64,000 nucleotides of DNA from an uncultured delta proteobacterium (GCA_963845515.1 CAWJSR010000010.1:64001-128000); one strand, 5' to 3'; shown: positions 11,062-21,907, numbered from the stretch's first letter. The notes: generated by a model from the letters alone, not told the origin. A program made the numbers and translations.

Positions 11062-12603
11062 TCAGCGCCCGAGGCGCGGGAACCAGCCGGTGCGCCGTCC
11101 GGCGACGATCTCGACCGTGCTCTCGACGGCGCCGAGCCTCGGATGCACTGCGCGAACCCGGTGGCTCCCGGCCTGGAGCCGGAGCTCGCGCGGCGTGTCG
11201 CCCATCTGACGGCCGTCGACGACGAGGGTCGCCCAGGGGACCGCGTTGACCGACAGGAGCCCCTCGCCGCTCGCAGGTGGAGGGAGCGCCATCCCGAAGA
11301 TCGGCGCGCCGCGCCCCCGCGTGGCGTGGGGCGCTGCGACGCCCATCGGCGCCGCGGCAGCTGGGCCTGGACCTGGCGGTGGCTGCTGCAGGTCGACGGG
11401 CGGGGGTGCCGCTGCGGCCGACGCCACGGGCGCGGAGCCAGCCGCCACGACCGCGGGGCGCTGACCGCCGCCGGCCCGGACGCCGCGCCATGCCCCCACC
11501 CCGACCGCCGTGGCGACGCCTCCCACCCCCAGCGCGACCCAGAGCCGCCATCCCTGCACCGCCCGCCGTCCGACCGCCAGCGTGCGCGTCTCGTCGACCG
11601 ACGGCTCGGCGGCGATCGGCGCCACCGGCTCCTCCGCCGGCGGCGGGCGGCGCAGGGTCGGCTCGGGGAGCGGCGCCGTCGCGCGCTGACCCTCGGGCCA
11701 GAGCTGGTGCATCAACGAGCGGAGCTCCCAGTCCAGCGGCGAGCGGGAGAGCTGCAGCAGCATGGCCCTCAGCTCCGCGGCCAGCGTGCGGGCGCTGGCG
11801 GCGCGCCGCTCCGGATCGCGCTCGAGGCAGCGGAGCACGAGGTCGTCGAGCGCCGGAGGGATCCCCTCGTTCCAGGAGGACGGCGCGGACGGCGCGGGGC
11901 CCCGGAGCACCACGTCCAGGGTGGCCGCCTCCGACTCGCGGACGAAGAGGCGCGTTCCGGTCAGCAGCTCCCACAGGACCACGCCGAGCGAGAACAGATT
12001 GGCGCGGGCGTCCGCCGGCTCACCACGCGCCTGCTCCGGCGCCACGTAGGCCAGCTTCCCCTCCAGCGTCCCGGGGCGCGTGAGCCCAGCGCGGTTCGCA
12101 GCCCGCGCGATCCCGAAGTCGGTGAGCTTCACCTCCCCCTCCCAGGAGACCAGGACGTTGTGCGGGGAGACGTCGCGGTGGACGAGGCCGGGGACGCCGT
12201 CCTCGGCCGGCTGATGGGCGTAGGCGAGCGCCGTGGCAACCTCGGCGGCGACGAAGACCGCGCGGGCGGTGCCGAAGCGGAGCCCGCGCTCCCTGCAGCG
12301 GTCCACGACGCGGCCGAGGTGGTGGCCGCGGACCAGCTCCATGGCGATGTAGTGCCGCCCCGCGGCCTGGTCGAACTCGAAGATCTGGACGACGTTTGCG
12401 TGGGTGAGCCGCGCCGCGAGCCGCGCCTCCCGCACGAACATCGCCACGAACTCCGACGAGCTCGCGTGCTCTCCGCGGACGAGCTTCAGCGCGACCTCCT
12501 TGCGCACCCCCTCCGCGCCGACGACCTCCGCGCGGAAGACGTCCGCCATCCCGCCCGTGGCGAGCCGCTCGAGGATCCTGTAACGGCCGATCTCACGCAC
12601 CAT
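11062..12603 (-). CDS. Membrane Ser/Thr protein kinase with C-terminal PEGA-like domain
   Basis: GGMADVF, VALK, HRDVSPHN, DFGIA, YVAPEQ; TM segment; LSVNAVPWATLVVDG..GDTP. Confidence 0.92.
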   Translation of the reverse strand: MVREIGRYRILERLATGGMADVFRAEVVGAEGVRKEVALKLVRGEHASSSEFVAMFVREARLAARLTHANVVQIFEFDQAAGRHYIAMELVRGHHLGRVVDRCRERGLRFGTARAVFVAAEVATALAYAHQPAEDGVPGLVHRDVSPHNVLVSWEGEVKLTDFGIARAANRAGLTRPGTLEGKLAYVAPEQARGEPADARANLFSLGVVLWELLTGTRLFVRESEAATLDVVLRGPAPSAPSSWNEGIPPALDDLVLRCLERDPERRAASARTLAAELRAMLLQLSRSPLDWELRSLMHQLWPEGQRATAPLPEPTLRRPPPAEEPVAPIAAEPSVDETRTLAVGRRAVQGWRLWVALGVGGVATAVGVGAWRGVRAGGGQRPAVVAAGSAPVASAAAAPPPVDLQQPPPGPGPAAAAPMGVAAPHATRGRGAPIFGMALPPPASGEGLLSVNAVPWATLVVDGRQMGDTPRELRLQAGSHRVRAVHPRLGAVESTVEIVAGRRTGWFPRLGR

Positions 12604-12692
12604 ACGTGAAGTCTACTCCACCCGAGGGAGGAGGCCAGCAGGACGTAAGGCAGCGGCGTGCGGCGGCGTGCGCCACGTGCTACGAAGGCCGG

Positions 12693-14417
12693 ATGAAGAA
12701 CCGACTCGCCGCCGCGCTCCTCCTCTTCGTCGCCGCCCAGGCTCCGCGGGCCGCCGGCCCCGCCGCCGACCCGCGGCTCGGCGTCCTGGCGGCGATGGAG
12801 GCCGAGCTCGGCAGGACGATGGAGCGGCTCCGGCTCCCGGGGTACGAGCCGCCCTACTTCGTCGGCTACACGGTCCGCGACCTGGTCACCACGCAGATCG
12901 GCGCCCGCTACGGTGCCCTCCACGACGACACGAGCCGCCACGATCGCATCCTCCTGGCCGACGTCCGCGTCGGCTCGTACGAGCTCGACTCCTCCGGCGG
13001 AAACGAGCCCTTCATGCTCCTGGACGCCGAGGGGCCATCCTGGATCGCCCCGAAGGACGCGCCGCTGGAGCCCGACGACGGCGCGCTCCGCAACGCGCTC
13101 TGGCTCGTCACCGACGAGAAGTACAAGGAGGCGCTCTCCAACTTCCTCAAGAAGCGCTCCCGGGACGTCTACCGCGACGAGGGCGAGGAGGAGCGCGCTC
13201 CCTCCTTCACGCGCGAGCCTCCCCAGCGCAACGTCTCCGCCGCCCGCCCGCTGGTCCTGGACCGGGACCGGTGGCGCCGGATCGCTCGGCAGACCTCGGG
13301 GCTCTTCCGCGCGCACCCGCACGTGTTCGACTCCGACGTCAGCGTCAGGGCCGAGCGGCAGATCCGCTGGATCGCCACGAGCGAGGGGACGAGGCTGGTC
13401 ACCGAGAGCGCCATCGTCGGGATCCACCTGCACGCGGCCGCGCGCGCCCCCGACGGCCAGCTCCTCGAGAACGGCCGCGACTTCTACGGCCAGTCCGAGG
13501 CCGACCTGCCCTCCGAGGCGGCGCTCCGGGCGGCGGTCGCCGAGGTCGCGGCCGAGCTGAAGGCGCTCCAGGCCGCGCCGGTGATCGACCCGTACACCGG
13601 CCCGGCGATCCTCGAGCCGGAGGCGGCCGGGGTGCTCTTCCACGAAGCGGTGGGGCACCGGCTCGAGGGTGAGCGGCTCGACGACGACAAGGAGGGGCGG
13701 ACGTTCAAGGGCCAGGTCGGGCGCGCGATCCTCCCGACCTTCCTCTCGGTCTCCGACGATCCGACCTTGCCGACGGCGGCGGGGTCGAAGCTCAACGGCC
13801 ACTACGCCTTCGACGACCAGGGGGTCCCTGCCCAGCGGGTGGCGCTGGTCCGCGACGGGCTCCTGGAGACCTACCTCCTGTCCCGCAAGCCCGTGAAGCC
13901 CTTCACCCGCTCCAACGGCCACGGCCGCGCCCAGGGGGGTCGCAGCCCGGCTGCGCGCATGGCGAACCTCCTGGTCGAGTCGCGCAAGACGCTCACGCGC
14001 GACGAGCTGATGCGTCAGCTGGTCGCCGAGGTGCGCCGCCAGGGGCGCCCATACGGACTCGTCATCCGCGACATCTCGGGCGGCAACACCAACACCGCCA
14101 GCTACGGTTACCAGGCCTTCAAGGGCACGCCGAGGCTCGTCTTCAGGGTCGACGCGGCGACCGGGAAGGAGGAGCTGGTCCGCGGAGTGGAGCTGGTCGG
14201 CACTCCGCTCACCAGCGTCAGCCGGATCCTGGCGACCGGTGACGCCCCTCGCGTCTTCAACGGCTTCTGCGGCGCCGAGAGCGGCTACGTCCCGGTCTCG
14301 ACCGTCGCCCCCGCCCTTCTGGTGCAGGAGATCGAGCTGCAGCGCGTCGCGCGCCAGAGCGAGCGCGGGACCGTCCTCCCCTCCCCGTGGTCCGTCGGCC
14401 AGGAGGCGGCGAAGTGA
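12693..14417 (+). CDS. TldD/PmbA-family metalloprotease with signal peptide
   Basis: FHEAVGHRLEG, DDQGVPAQ, SNGHGR, RMANL, GFCGAESG; hydrophobic N-terminus after MKNR. Confidence 0.85.
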   Translation: MKNRLAAALLLFVAAQAPRAAGPAADPRLGVLAAMEAELGRTMERLRLPGYEPPYFVGYTVRDLVTTQIGARYGALHDDTSRHDRILLADVRVGSYELDSSGGNEPFMLLDAEGPSWIAPKDAPLEPDDGALRNALWLVTDEKYKEALSNFLKKRSRDVYRDEGEEERAPSFTREPPQRNVSAARPLVLDRDRWRRIARQTSGLFRAHPHVFDSDVSVRAERQIRWIATSEGTRLVTESAIVGIHLHAAARAPDGQLLENGRDFYGQSEADLPSEAALRAAVAEVAAELKALQAAPVIDPYTGPAILEPEAAGVLFHEAVGHRLEGERLDDDKEGRTFKGQVGRAILPTFLSVSDDPTLPTAAGSKLNGHYAFDDQGVPAQRVALVRDGLLETYLLSRKPVKPFTRSNGHGRAQGGRSPAARMANLLVESRKTLTRDELMRQLVAEVRRQGRPYGLVIRDISGGNTNTASYGYQAFKGTPRLVFRVDAATGKEELVRGVELVGTPLTSVSRILATGDAPRVFNGFCGAESGYVPVSTVAPALLVQEIELQRVARQSERGTVLPSPWSVGQEAAK

Positions 14418-14905
14418 GCGCCGACCTCCGGCTCCCGCCGCTCGGCGCCCTGCTCCTTCGCCCCCGCCGCGACGCGCTCGAGGCCTTCCGGGCCGCAGGG
14501 TGGCGCACGTGGGCGGACCCGTTCGACCTCGACGCGGAGCGCCGCCGAACGCTCAACCTCGACCTGGCCGAGCCGGAGGTCTCGCTCGCGGGAGCCGCAG
14601 GGCCGCTGGCGGTCGCGCACGTCGAGGCCGATCGGGAGGGGCTCGTGACCCTGGTCGAGATCACGACCGCCGAGCCCGGAGATCCCGGCGGCGTGGCGCG
14701 GGCGCTCCTCGGGACCACGGGAGAGCCGCTGGTCCGCGGCAGCGCGTCCGCCCGCGAGTGGGTCTGGGGACCGGAGTCCGGCAGCGAGGTCCAGGTCGGA
14801 GACGGCGAGCCGGTCCGGCTCTGGATCGCGGCCGAGCAGGCCTACGGCGACCGGCTCTGGATCATCCTGACCGTGGTCCGGCGCGCGTCCGGCGACCTGA
14901 GCTAG
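14414..14905 (+). CDS. Hypothetical protein
   Basis: GTGA overlap with the tldD stop; GC-rich third codon positions. Confidence 0.6.
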   Translation: MSADLRLPPLGALLLRPRRDALEAFRAAGWRTWADPFDLDAERRRTLNLDLAEPEVSLAGAAGPLAVAHVEADREGLVTLVEITTAEPGDPGGVARALLGTTGEPLVRGSASAREWVWGPESGSEVQVGDGEPVRLWIAAEQAYGDRLWIILTVVRRASGDLS

Positions 14906-14914
14906 CCAGGGCGG

Positions 14915-15787
14915 TCAGCGCCAGCCTTGCCAGAGGACGAAGCGCCGGAACTCGGACGCGAAGGCGCCCTCGGTGATCCCGAAGGCCTCCTCGAAGGCCT
15001 TCTCGAAGGAGGCCCCCGCGCGCATCAGCGCCATCGCGCTGCGAACGCGATCCTCGCCGTAGCGGGCGAGCAGGAACTCGAAGGTCCGGTGGGCGGCGCC
15101 GTAGACCACGTCCGAGCGCTCCTGGTAGAGCGGCTCGGGATCGGTGACCGGATCGCCGTCCGCCGAGACGAAGCCACGCGCTGCGCGCGCCATGGCCGAG
15201 GGATACCCGTCGCCGGCCCCGGGGACGCTCTTCAGGTAGAACCGCCAGAGCTCCTCGTTCGAGGTGCGTCGGTAGCCCTGGGCCGCGGTCACGCTGGCGA
15301 GCCCCTCGCGGAACCAGAGCGGGATCCCCTTGTGCGGCCAGGTCCACTCGCTGGCCGCCGCCTGATACATCGCGCAGTGGGTCAGCTCGTGGGTGATCAG
15401 TTCGTCCACCTCGGCGTCCTTCGCGCCGAACCAGCCCCAGGTCCTCGGCGACTGCAGGTCGATCGTCTGGTAGCGGGCCCACGCACGAAGCCAGTCGTAC
15501 CCCTCTCGGTGCACCGCCTCCTCGAGCGCGCCGTGCGACGAGTGGATCGTGATGGTGACCTCCTTGCCGATCTTCCCCCAGCGCGCGACACGCGGCGCGG
15601 CGCGCGCCAGCGAGCGGGCCACCTGGGCGGCGGCCGCTGCGTCCTCCTCCCAGTAGTGGATCCGGAAGACCTGACCGTCGAGCGCGACGGTGTCCAGCCG
15701 ATCCTCTGGCCCCAGCCGCGCAGCCTGCCCGCGGAAGGCGCAGCCGGTGGCGAGGACCATGGAGAGTGCTGCCGCGAAGCGTCTCAC
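14915..15787 (-). CDS. Lipoprotein, MA-clan (HExxH) metallopeptidase-like
   Basis: Lipobox LATGC; ITHELTH and PLWFREGLAS. Confidence 0.75.
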   Translation of the reverse strand: MRRFAAALSMVLATGCAFRGQAARLGPEDRLDTVALDGQVFRIHYWEEDAAAAAQVARSLARAAPRVARWGKIGKEVTITIHSSHGALEEAVHREGYDWLRAWARYQTIDLQSPRTWGWFGAKDAEVDELITHELTHCAMYQAAASEWTWPHKGIPLWFREGLASVTAAQGYRRTSNEELWRFYLKSVPGAGDGYPSAMARAARGFVSADGDPVTDPEPLYQERSDVVYGAAHRTFEFLLARYGEDRVRSAMALMRAGASFEKAFEEAFGITEGAFASEFRRFVLWQGWR

Positions 15788-16743
15788 TATCGCTGGAACC
15801 TATCGGTCGACGGGCCGGGACGCAAGGAGCCGGGGCCACCGGCCAGGCGGGCCAGGACGGGGGCCAGGCCGGTCAGATCCGAGACTGCGCCCACCTCCAG
15901 GGCCGCGGGGCCAAAGCCCAGCACCGGCACGGGGTTGAGCGTGTGGTTGCGTGTGGAGAGATCCTCCACATTGCCGTGATCGCTCGCGATCACCAGCGAG
16001 TCCTCCGGACCGAGCCCCGGCAGGAGCGCCCGGAGCAGGCCGTCGACGCGGACGAGCGCGTCGGCTGCGAGCTCCATCGAGCGCGCGTGGCCGGCCTCGT
16101 CGGTCTCGAAGAACTCGAAGAGCGTGAAGTCGTGGGCGCGGGCGATCCCGAGCAGGATCTCGGCGGCCTCCGCGGGATCGCGCCGAGGGAGCTGGCCGCC
16201 GTGCCCCCTGGCGCGGTCGCCGGTGATGTCGTGGGGCAGCGCGGTCCCCGCGCGCGCCTCCTGCCACGTGCGGAACCGCCCGCCCGCTGCGCCGAACGCC
16301 ACGGTGGTGGCCGCGGGGCGCGGCCGGCGCTTCCCCAGCTCGAACTCGGCCTCTCCCGGGACGTCGAAGCCCAGGAAGCGCAGGTAGACGACCGGGAAGG
16401 CGTTGGCGAAGGCGGCGCGCCCGCCCCGCTCCATGACCGTGCGGAAGATGGAGCGCTCCTGGAGCAGCTCGCGCAGGCGGCCGTTCGGGAAGCCGAGCAG
16501 GTGGTGGCCGAGGAGCCGGGGGGCGTTCTCGCCGGTGAGGATCGTGGTGTGGCCGGTCGCCGACTGCGGACGTCCGGGGACGCCCAGGCGCGCGTCGGCC
16601 AGCGCCGCGCGCCCACCGTACGGGAGCGGAGCGCCGGTGCCGTCGGCGAAGCGGGAGAGGAGGTAGTCGCCGCGCGCGAGCGGGTTCACGTCCGGGTCGG
16701 GGAGCCCGGCGCCGACGCCGTCGACGAAGACGAAGAGGACCAC
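15787..16743 (-). CDS. Alkaline phosphatase superfamily metalloenzyme (phosphoglycerate mutase/phosphopentomutase-like)
   Basis: FVFVDGVG, PQSATG, TDEAGH, IASDHGNVED, HTLNPVP. Confidence 0.8.
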   Translation of the reverse strand: MVLFVFVDGVGAGLPDPDVNPLARGDYLLSRFADGTGAPLPYGGRAALADARLGVPGRPQSATGHTTILTGENAPRLLGHHLLGFPNGRLRELLQERSIFRTVMERGGRAAFANAFPVVYLRFLGFDVPGEAEFELGKRRPRPAATTVAFGAAGGRFRTWQEARAGTALPHDITGDRARGHGGQLPRRDPAEAAEILLGIARAHDFTLFEFFETDEAGHARSMELAADALVRVDGLLRALLPGLGPEDSLVIASDHGNVEDLSTRNHTLNPVPVLGFGPAALEVGAVSDLTGLAPVLARLAGGPGSLRPGPSTDRFQR

Positions 16744-16790
16744 GCGGAGAACCTAGCGCCGCCGGCGCTGCAGCGCCCGCCCGGCGCACC

Positions 16791-16997
16791 TCACGGCTTC
16801 GGCGCCTTCCAGACCGCAGCGTCGATGATCGACCAGAGGTGGATGATCCAGCCCAACCAGATGATCCAGAGGACTGCCGCCAGCACGAACATCAGCCCGG
16901 CCTTGAGCACCCGCCCCTGGATGAGCTGGCCCAGCCCCGGGATCACGAAGCTGGCGAGCGCCGCGATGACGTTGGCCGTCGACCCCTGACCTGACAT
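16791..16997 (-). CDS. Small membrane protein (TM2-like)
   Basis: AALASFVIPGLGQLIQGR..; GGAGG upstream of the ATG. Confidence 0.75.
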   Translation of the reverse strand: MSGQGSTANVIAALASFVIPGLGQLIQGRVLKAGLMFVLAAVLWIIWLGWIIHLWSIIDAAVWKAPKP

Positions 16998-17109
16998 CTC
17001 CACCTCCCGCGCCCGGCCCCCGCCTGTGCGCAGCCGGAGCAAACCACGCCGGGCGATCCGGCGTCGAGCAGGAACCTGGAGGGGCGCCGCTGCGCTATCC
17101 TGCGCTCAC

Positions 17110-19532
17110 ATGAAGACCGCCTCGCTCCGCACCCTCCGCGCGGCGCTCCTGCCGGGGGCGCTCGTCGGGCTGGCCGCCGCGGCCCTGGCGCTCGGCCGCG
17201 GCGGCGCGGCGGAGCAGGCGGAGCTCCTCCTTGGGACGTCCGCGCCGCCCGCGCGGCCCGCGCCAGCCCCGCCTCGCCCAGGGTCGCGATGGTCGGACTG
17301 GACGACGCGACGGTCCGGCTGGCGGGCGGCATCTACCCGGTTCCACGCGGCGCGATCGCCGCGGTGATCGCCGAAGCGCGACGCGCCGGCGCGCGCGTCA
17401 TCGCCGTGGACTTCATCCTGGAGGACCCGCTGGACGGGAGCCTCGCCGACGAGAACGAGGCGCTCGAGGAGGCCATCGCCGGCGGCGACGTCGTCCTCGG
17501 CGCGGCCGCCCCGCGCGCTGGCATGGCCGATCCCGGCTCGCTCGGCGCCTCATGGGCGCGCAGGGTCGGCGCCTTCCCTGACCGCGACGCTGCGGCCCTC
17601 GCGGCCATCGGGCGGCCGGAGCGCCATCTCCGCCCGGTCCTGCTCGGGCGCGGCGGTGAGGTGGAGCTGTGGCTGGCCGGCTACGGCTCACGCGACGAGG
17701 CGGAGGCGGACCCGCTCCCGGACGTGGATGGGATCCACGCGCGCGGGCTGACCGCCGCGGAGCTCTCGCAGCCGGACCCCCGCGCGGCGCTCGTGCGCCG
17801 CCGGCACGCGGTCGACGCCGGCGGGGCGGCCAGGCAGGAGCGGTTCGCCGTGTCGCCTCCCCTGCCGCGCTTCGCGCTCGCCGCCGCGGCCCTCGGGGGG
17901 GTGTCCCAGGAGCAGGAGTCGGACGGCCGCGTCTACGCGCTCCGCCACGTCTACCCGACGACCGAGGGCGACCTCCTCTCGCTGCCGCTCGCCGCCGCCT
18001 GGATCGCGCTCGGCAAGCCCGGGATCCGGCTCGACGAGGCCGGCCTTCGCGTCGGCGACACCGTCGCTCCCACCCTCCCCGACGGGCGCGTGGTCGTGCG
18101 CTGGACCGGCCACTTCGCCGCCCACGAGGACTTCGCCACGGTCTACCCCACCGTGAGCGCCGCCGACCTGCTGCGCGCCGCGCTGGCGCGCGCTGGGGAG
18201 GGGACGCCGCCGCCCGCGGAGGCGCTCGCGCCGCTGAAGGACGCCATCGTGGTCCTGTCCGCCACGGTGACCGCGGGGAAGGACAAGCGCGTCACGCCGA
18301 TCAACCCCCACGCGGTCGGCGGCGAGATCGTCGCCACCGCGGTCGATGGCTTCTTGCGGGGTCGCTTCGTGCGGCGGCTGCCTCCACCGGCGGACGCGGC
18401 CGCCGCGCTCGGGCTCGCCCTCGCCGCCGCCCTGGTCGTCGGGGGCGCGGCGCTCTCCCGGCTGCGTCCCGCGGCGTCTGCCGCCGCCTCGGGGACCGGG
18501 GTGGCGCTCGTGGCAGGCGGCTACTGGTGGGGAGCCCAGGCGCTCGCCGCGCGCGGCGTCTGGATCGGCGCTGCCGCCCCGCTCGCCGGAGCGTTCGTCG
18601 CCGCCCTGGCCGCCATCCTCCTGACGCTGGCGCTCGAGATGCGCGACCGCCGCTTCGTCCACGACGCGCTGGGGCGCTACACCTCGCCCGTGCTGGTGCA
18701 GCGGCTGATGGAGCGCCCCGACCTGCTCGACCGGTTCGGCGGCGCCCGCCAGGAGATCTCGGTCTACTTCTCGGACATCCGGGGCTTCACGACGCTGTCC
18801 GAGGGGATGGAGCCGGAGCGGCTCGTCGAGCTGCTCAACGAGTACCTCTCCGCCATGACCGAGATAGTGGAGCGGAACGGCGGGTACGTCGACAAGTACA
18901 TCGGCGACGCCATCATGGCGATCTGGGGCGCGCCGCTCCCCGAGCCCGAGCACGCGGCCCACGCGTGCCGCGCCGCGATCGAGATGCGCGACAGGCTCGC
19001 GGCGCTCCGTCCGGTCTTCCAGGAGCGGTACGCGGCCGACCTGCACGCGCGCGCCGGCGTGAACACGACCGCCGCCGTCGTCGGGAACATCGGCTCGCGC
19101 CAGAAGACCAACTACACTGCCCTCGGCGACGGCGTGAACCTGGCCTCGCGCCTCGAGGGGGCGAACAAGGCCTTCGGCACCTCCATCCTCTGCGGTGACG
19201 CGACCCGGACCGCGGCCGGAGACGCCTTCGCCTGGCGCACGGTCGACGTCCTCCGCGTGAAGGGCAAGCACGAGGGGGTGCCGGTCCACGAGCTGGTCGG
19301 GCTCGCGGCGGACGCAGGCCCCGCGCAGCGCGGCCGGATCTCGCGATGGGAGGCGGCCTACGCCCTGTCGCGCCAGCGCCGCTTCGCGGAGGCCCACGCG
19401 GCGTTCGCCGCGCTGGCCGCCGAGAGCCCTGACGACCCGCTCGCGGCCCTCTGGGCGGAGCGAAGCGCTTCACTCGCCGCCTCGCCGCCGCCCACCGGCT
19501 GGGACGGCGTCCACGAGCTTCACGACAAGTGA
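17110..19532 (+). CDS. CHASE2-domain adenylate/guanylate cyclase; frameshift(s) near 17230-17290
   Basis: CHASE2-like PRGAIAAVI..GARVIAVDF; three TM helices; class III cyclase motifs FSDIRGFT, DKYIGDAIMA, YTALGDGVNLASRLEG; signal-like N-terminus starts at 17110 in another frame. Confidence 0.88.
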
Positions 19533-19548
19533 CGGAGATCGACCCATC

Positions 19549-20025
19549 ATGAACGCAATCGCCCTGCTCCTCGCCGCCATCTTCTCCGCCGCGCCGCCAG
19601 GCGCGGCCGGCGAGACGGTGACCGTGAAGCGCGAGGGGGCGCGCCTGATGAAGGCGCCCCGCTCCTACGGCGCCGCCTGCAGCGCCACCGTCGCCGCGAA
19701 GAGCCGCGTGAAGCTCCTCGAGCGCAAGAAGGGGTGGGCGCGCATCGCCTCCCCCGGGGGCGGCGCCTGCTGGCTGCACGAGTCTGCGTGGTCGGACCGG
19801 ACGGCGGGAGCGCTCGCAGGCGACGCCTCGCGCGGCAGCGCGCGCGACGTGGAGCTCGCCGCGCGCGGGTTCAACGAGACCGAGGAGTCGCGCTTCCGGG
19901 GCGAGCACCGCGACCTCGACGCGGGGTTCGCAGCGGTGGAGGCGCACCTGGCGGAGGGGCCGGAGACGCCGCCGGAGGCGCTCGAGCGCTTCGTGGCCGA
20001 TGGGAAGCTGGGAGGTGACGAATGA
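19549..20025 (+). CDS. Secreted SH3-like domain protein
   Basis: Signal peptide; LLERKKGWARI...CWLHES; ELAARGFN motif. Confidence 0.7.
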   Translation: MNAIALLLAAIFSAAPPGAAGETVTVKREGARLMKAPRSYGAACSATVAAKSRVKLLERKKGWARIASPGGGACWLHESAWSDRTAGALAGDASRGSARDVELAARGFNETEESRFRGEHRDLDAGFAAVEAHLAEGPETPPEALERFVADGKLGGDE

Positions 20026-20946
20026 CCCGCGCCGGCGCCCGCGCCGCAGTCACGGCCGGCCTCGCGGGGCTGGCGGTGCTCCTCGCGCCGGGCTGCGCCC
20101 AGCTCCTCCACGACATCCCCGGCGGCCAGATCATCGGCCAGCGGCTCGACCAGAACGCCAAGGTCGTCGGCGGAAACCTCGTTCGGGATGGTCGCGAGCG
20201 GCGAGATCACGAAGACCGCCACCTTCGACATGGAGCAGGAGCACTACCTCGGCAAGACGGTCGCGGCGAGCGTCATCGCCCGCGTCGGCGGGGCCGCGCT
20301 GCCGCCGGAGCACCCCCTCAGCGTATACCTGCGCGAGGTCGGGACCCTCGTGGCGGTGACCGCCGCGGAGGATCGGGTCGAGGACGATCGCCCGTACCCG
20401 CTCAAGGGCTATCGGTTCATCCCCGTGGTCTCGAGCGAGCAGAACGCGGTGGGATCCCCCGGGGGGTTCGTGGTGGTCACCACCGGCCTCCTGCGCGCGG
20501 TCCGGTCCGAGGACGAGCTGGCGGCGATCCTCGCCCACGAGGTCGCGCACGTGCAGCGCGGCCACACGATGCAGCCCGTCGAGGCGGCGCGCAGGCAGGA
20601 GCACCTCTCCGAGGGGCTGCTCAAGGGGACCGACTCGATCGTCCACGCCTTCTTCGGGAAGGCGGTCCAGGCCGGCACCGACTTCGTCCTCGACCGCGGC
20701 TTCGGCAAGAAGCACGAGCTTGCCGCCGACGCCTTCGCGGCGCGGATCCTCGCAGCGGCGGGCTACGACCCGGCGGCGCTCGCCGGCTACCTCGGCAGGC
20801 TCTCGGGCAAGTCGGCCTCCGGGGGCTTCTTCTCGCGCCACCCGCCTGCCGCCGAGCGCGTCAAGGCGCTCTCTGGACAGCCCCCCCGCCCCCCGCCCGC
20901 CGTCCGGACGGCACGCTTCGAGCGCGCGATGGCCGCGCTGCCGTAG
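20022..20946 (+). CDS. M48-family metallopeptidase lipoprotein; frameshift near 20180
   Basis: Lipobox LLAPGC in the first frame; NAVGSPGG, EDELAAILAHEVAH, ELAAD, HPPAAERV in the second frame. Confidence 0.85.
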
Positions 20947-20959
20947 TAACCTCCACGCC

Positions 20960-21778
20960 ATGGCACTCGGGAAGAAGATCGCGTTCCTCGGCACGGGGAA
21001 CATGGCGGAGGCGCTGGTGAAGGGGCTCCTCCGGGCCGGCGCGTCGAGCGCCGAGGAGCTCGTCTGCGCGGAGCCTCGCGAGGACCGCCGGCACGAGATC
21101 GAGAAGCGCTACGGTGTCAGGACGGTCGCCTCCAACAAGGAGGCGGTCGCCGGGGCCGAGCTGGTGATCCTCTCGGTCAAGCCGCAGATCATCGACGCCG
21201 TCCTGGACGAGATCTCGCCCGAGGTCGCGCCCACGAAGCTGGTGGTCTCGATCGCCGCGGGCGTCCCCATCGCGGCCATCGCCAAGCGGCTGCCGGCCGG
21301 GACGCGGATCGTCCGGACGATGCCGAACACCCCGGCGCTCGCCGGCGCGGGCGCCGCGGCGCTCTCCGCAGGCCCTCACGCGACGGCCGCCGACGTCGAC
21401 CTGGCGAAGCGGATCTTCGAGGCGGTCGGGACGGCCGTCGTCGTCGGCGAGCCGCTGCTCGACGCGGTCACCGGGCTCTCCGGCTCGGGGCCGGCCTTCG
21501 TCTACCTCTTCATCGAGGCGCTGGCCGACGGCGGCGTGAAGGCCGGGCTCCCGCGCGCGGAGGCGCTCCAGCTCGCCGCGCAGACGGTGCTCGGCGCGGC
21601 GAAGCTCGTGCTCGAGTCGGGGGAGCACCCGGGGCGGCTGAAGGACCAGGTCACGAGCCCGGGCGGCACCACCATCGCGGGCGTCCACGCCCTGGAGAAG
21701 GCGGGCTTCCGCGGCGCGGTGATGGACGCCGTCGAGGCCGCGGCGCGCCGCTCGCGCGAGCTCGGCGAGAAGAAGTAG
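20960..21778 (+). CDS. proC: Pyrroline-5-carboxylate reductase
   Basis: FLGTGNMA, SVKPQ, RTMPNTP, TGLSGSGPA, VTSPGGTT. Confidence 0.97.
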   Translation: MALGKKIAFLGTGNMAEALVKGLLRAGASSAEELVCAEPREDRRHEIEKRYGVRTVASNKEAVAGAELVILSVKPQIIDAVLDEISPEVAPTKLVVSIAAGVPIAAIAKRLPAGTRIVRTMPNTPALAGAGAAALSAGPHATAADVDLAKRIFEAVGTAVVVGEPLLDAVTGLSGSGPAFVYLFIEALADGGVKAGLPRAEALQLAAQTVLGAAKLVLESGEHPGRLKDQVTSPGGTTIAGVHALEKAGFRGAVMDAVEAAARRSRELGEKK

Positions 21779-21907
21779 CCGTTCGCTTCGACGGGGCAAG
21801 CGCCCTCTGACGCCCATCCGGGCGCTGCACGCGGCCCGGCGCCCGCGTTATCGAAAGTGGCTTGAGCTGGCGGATCTCCCGCCGGGCTCGTACCGGGAGC
21901 CACACGA

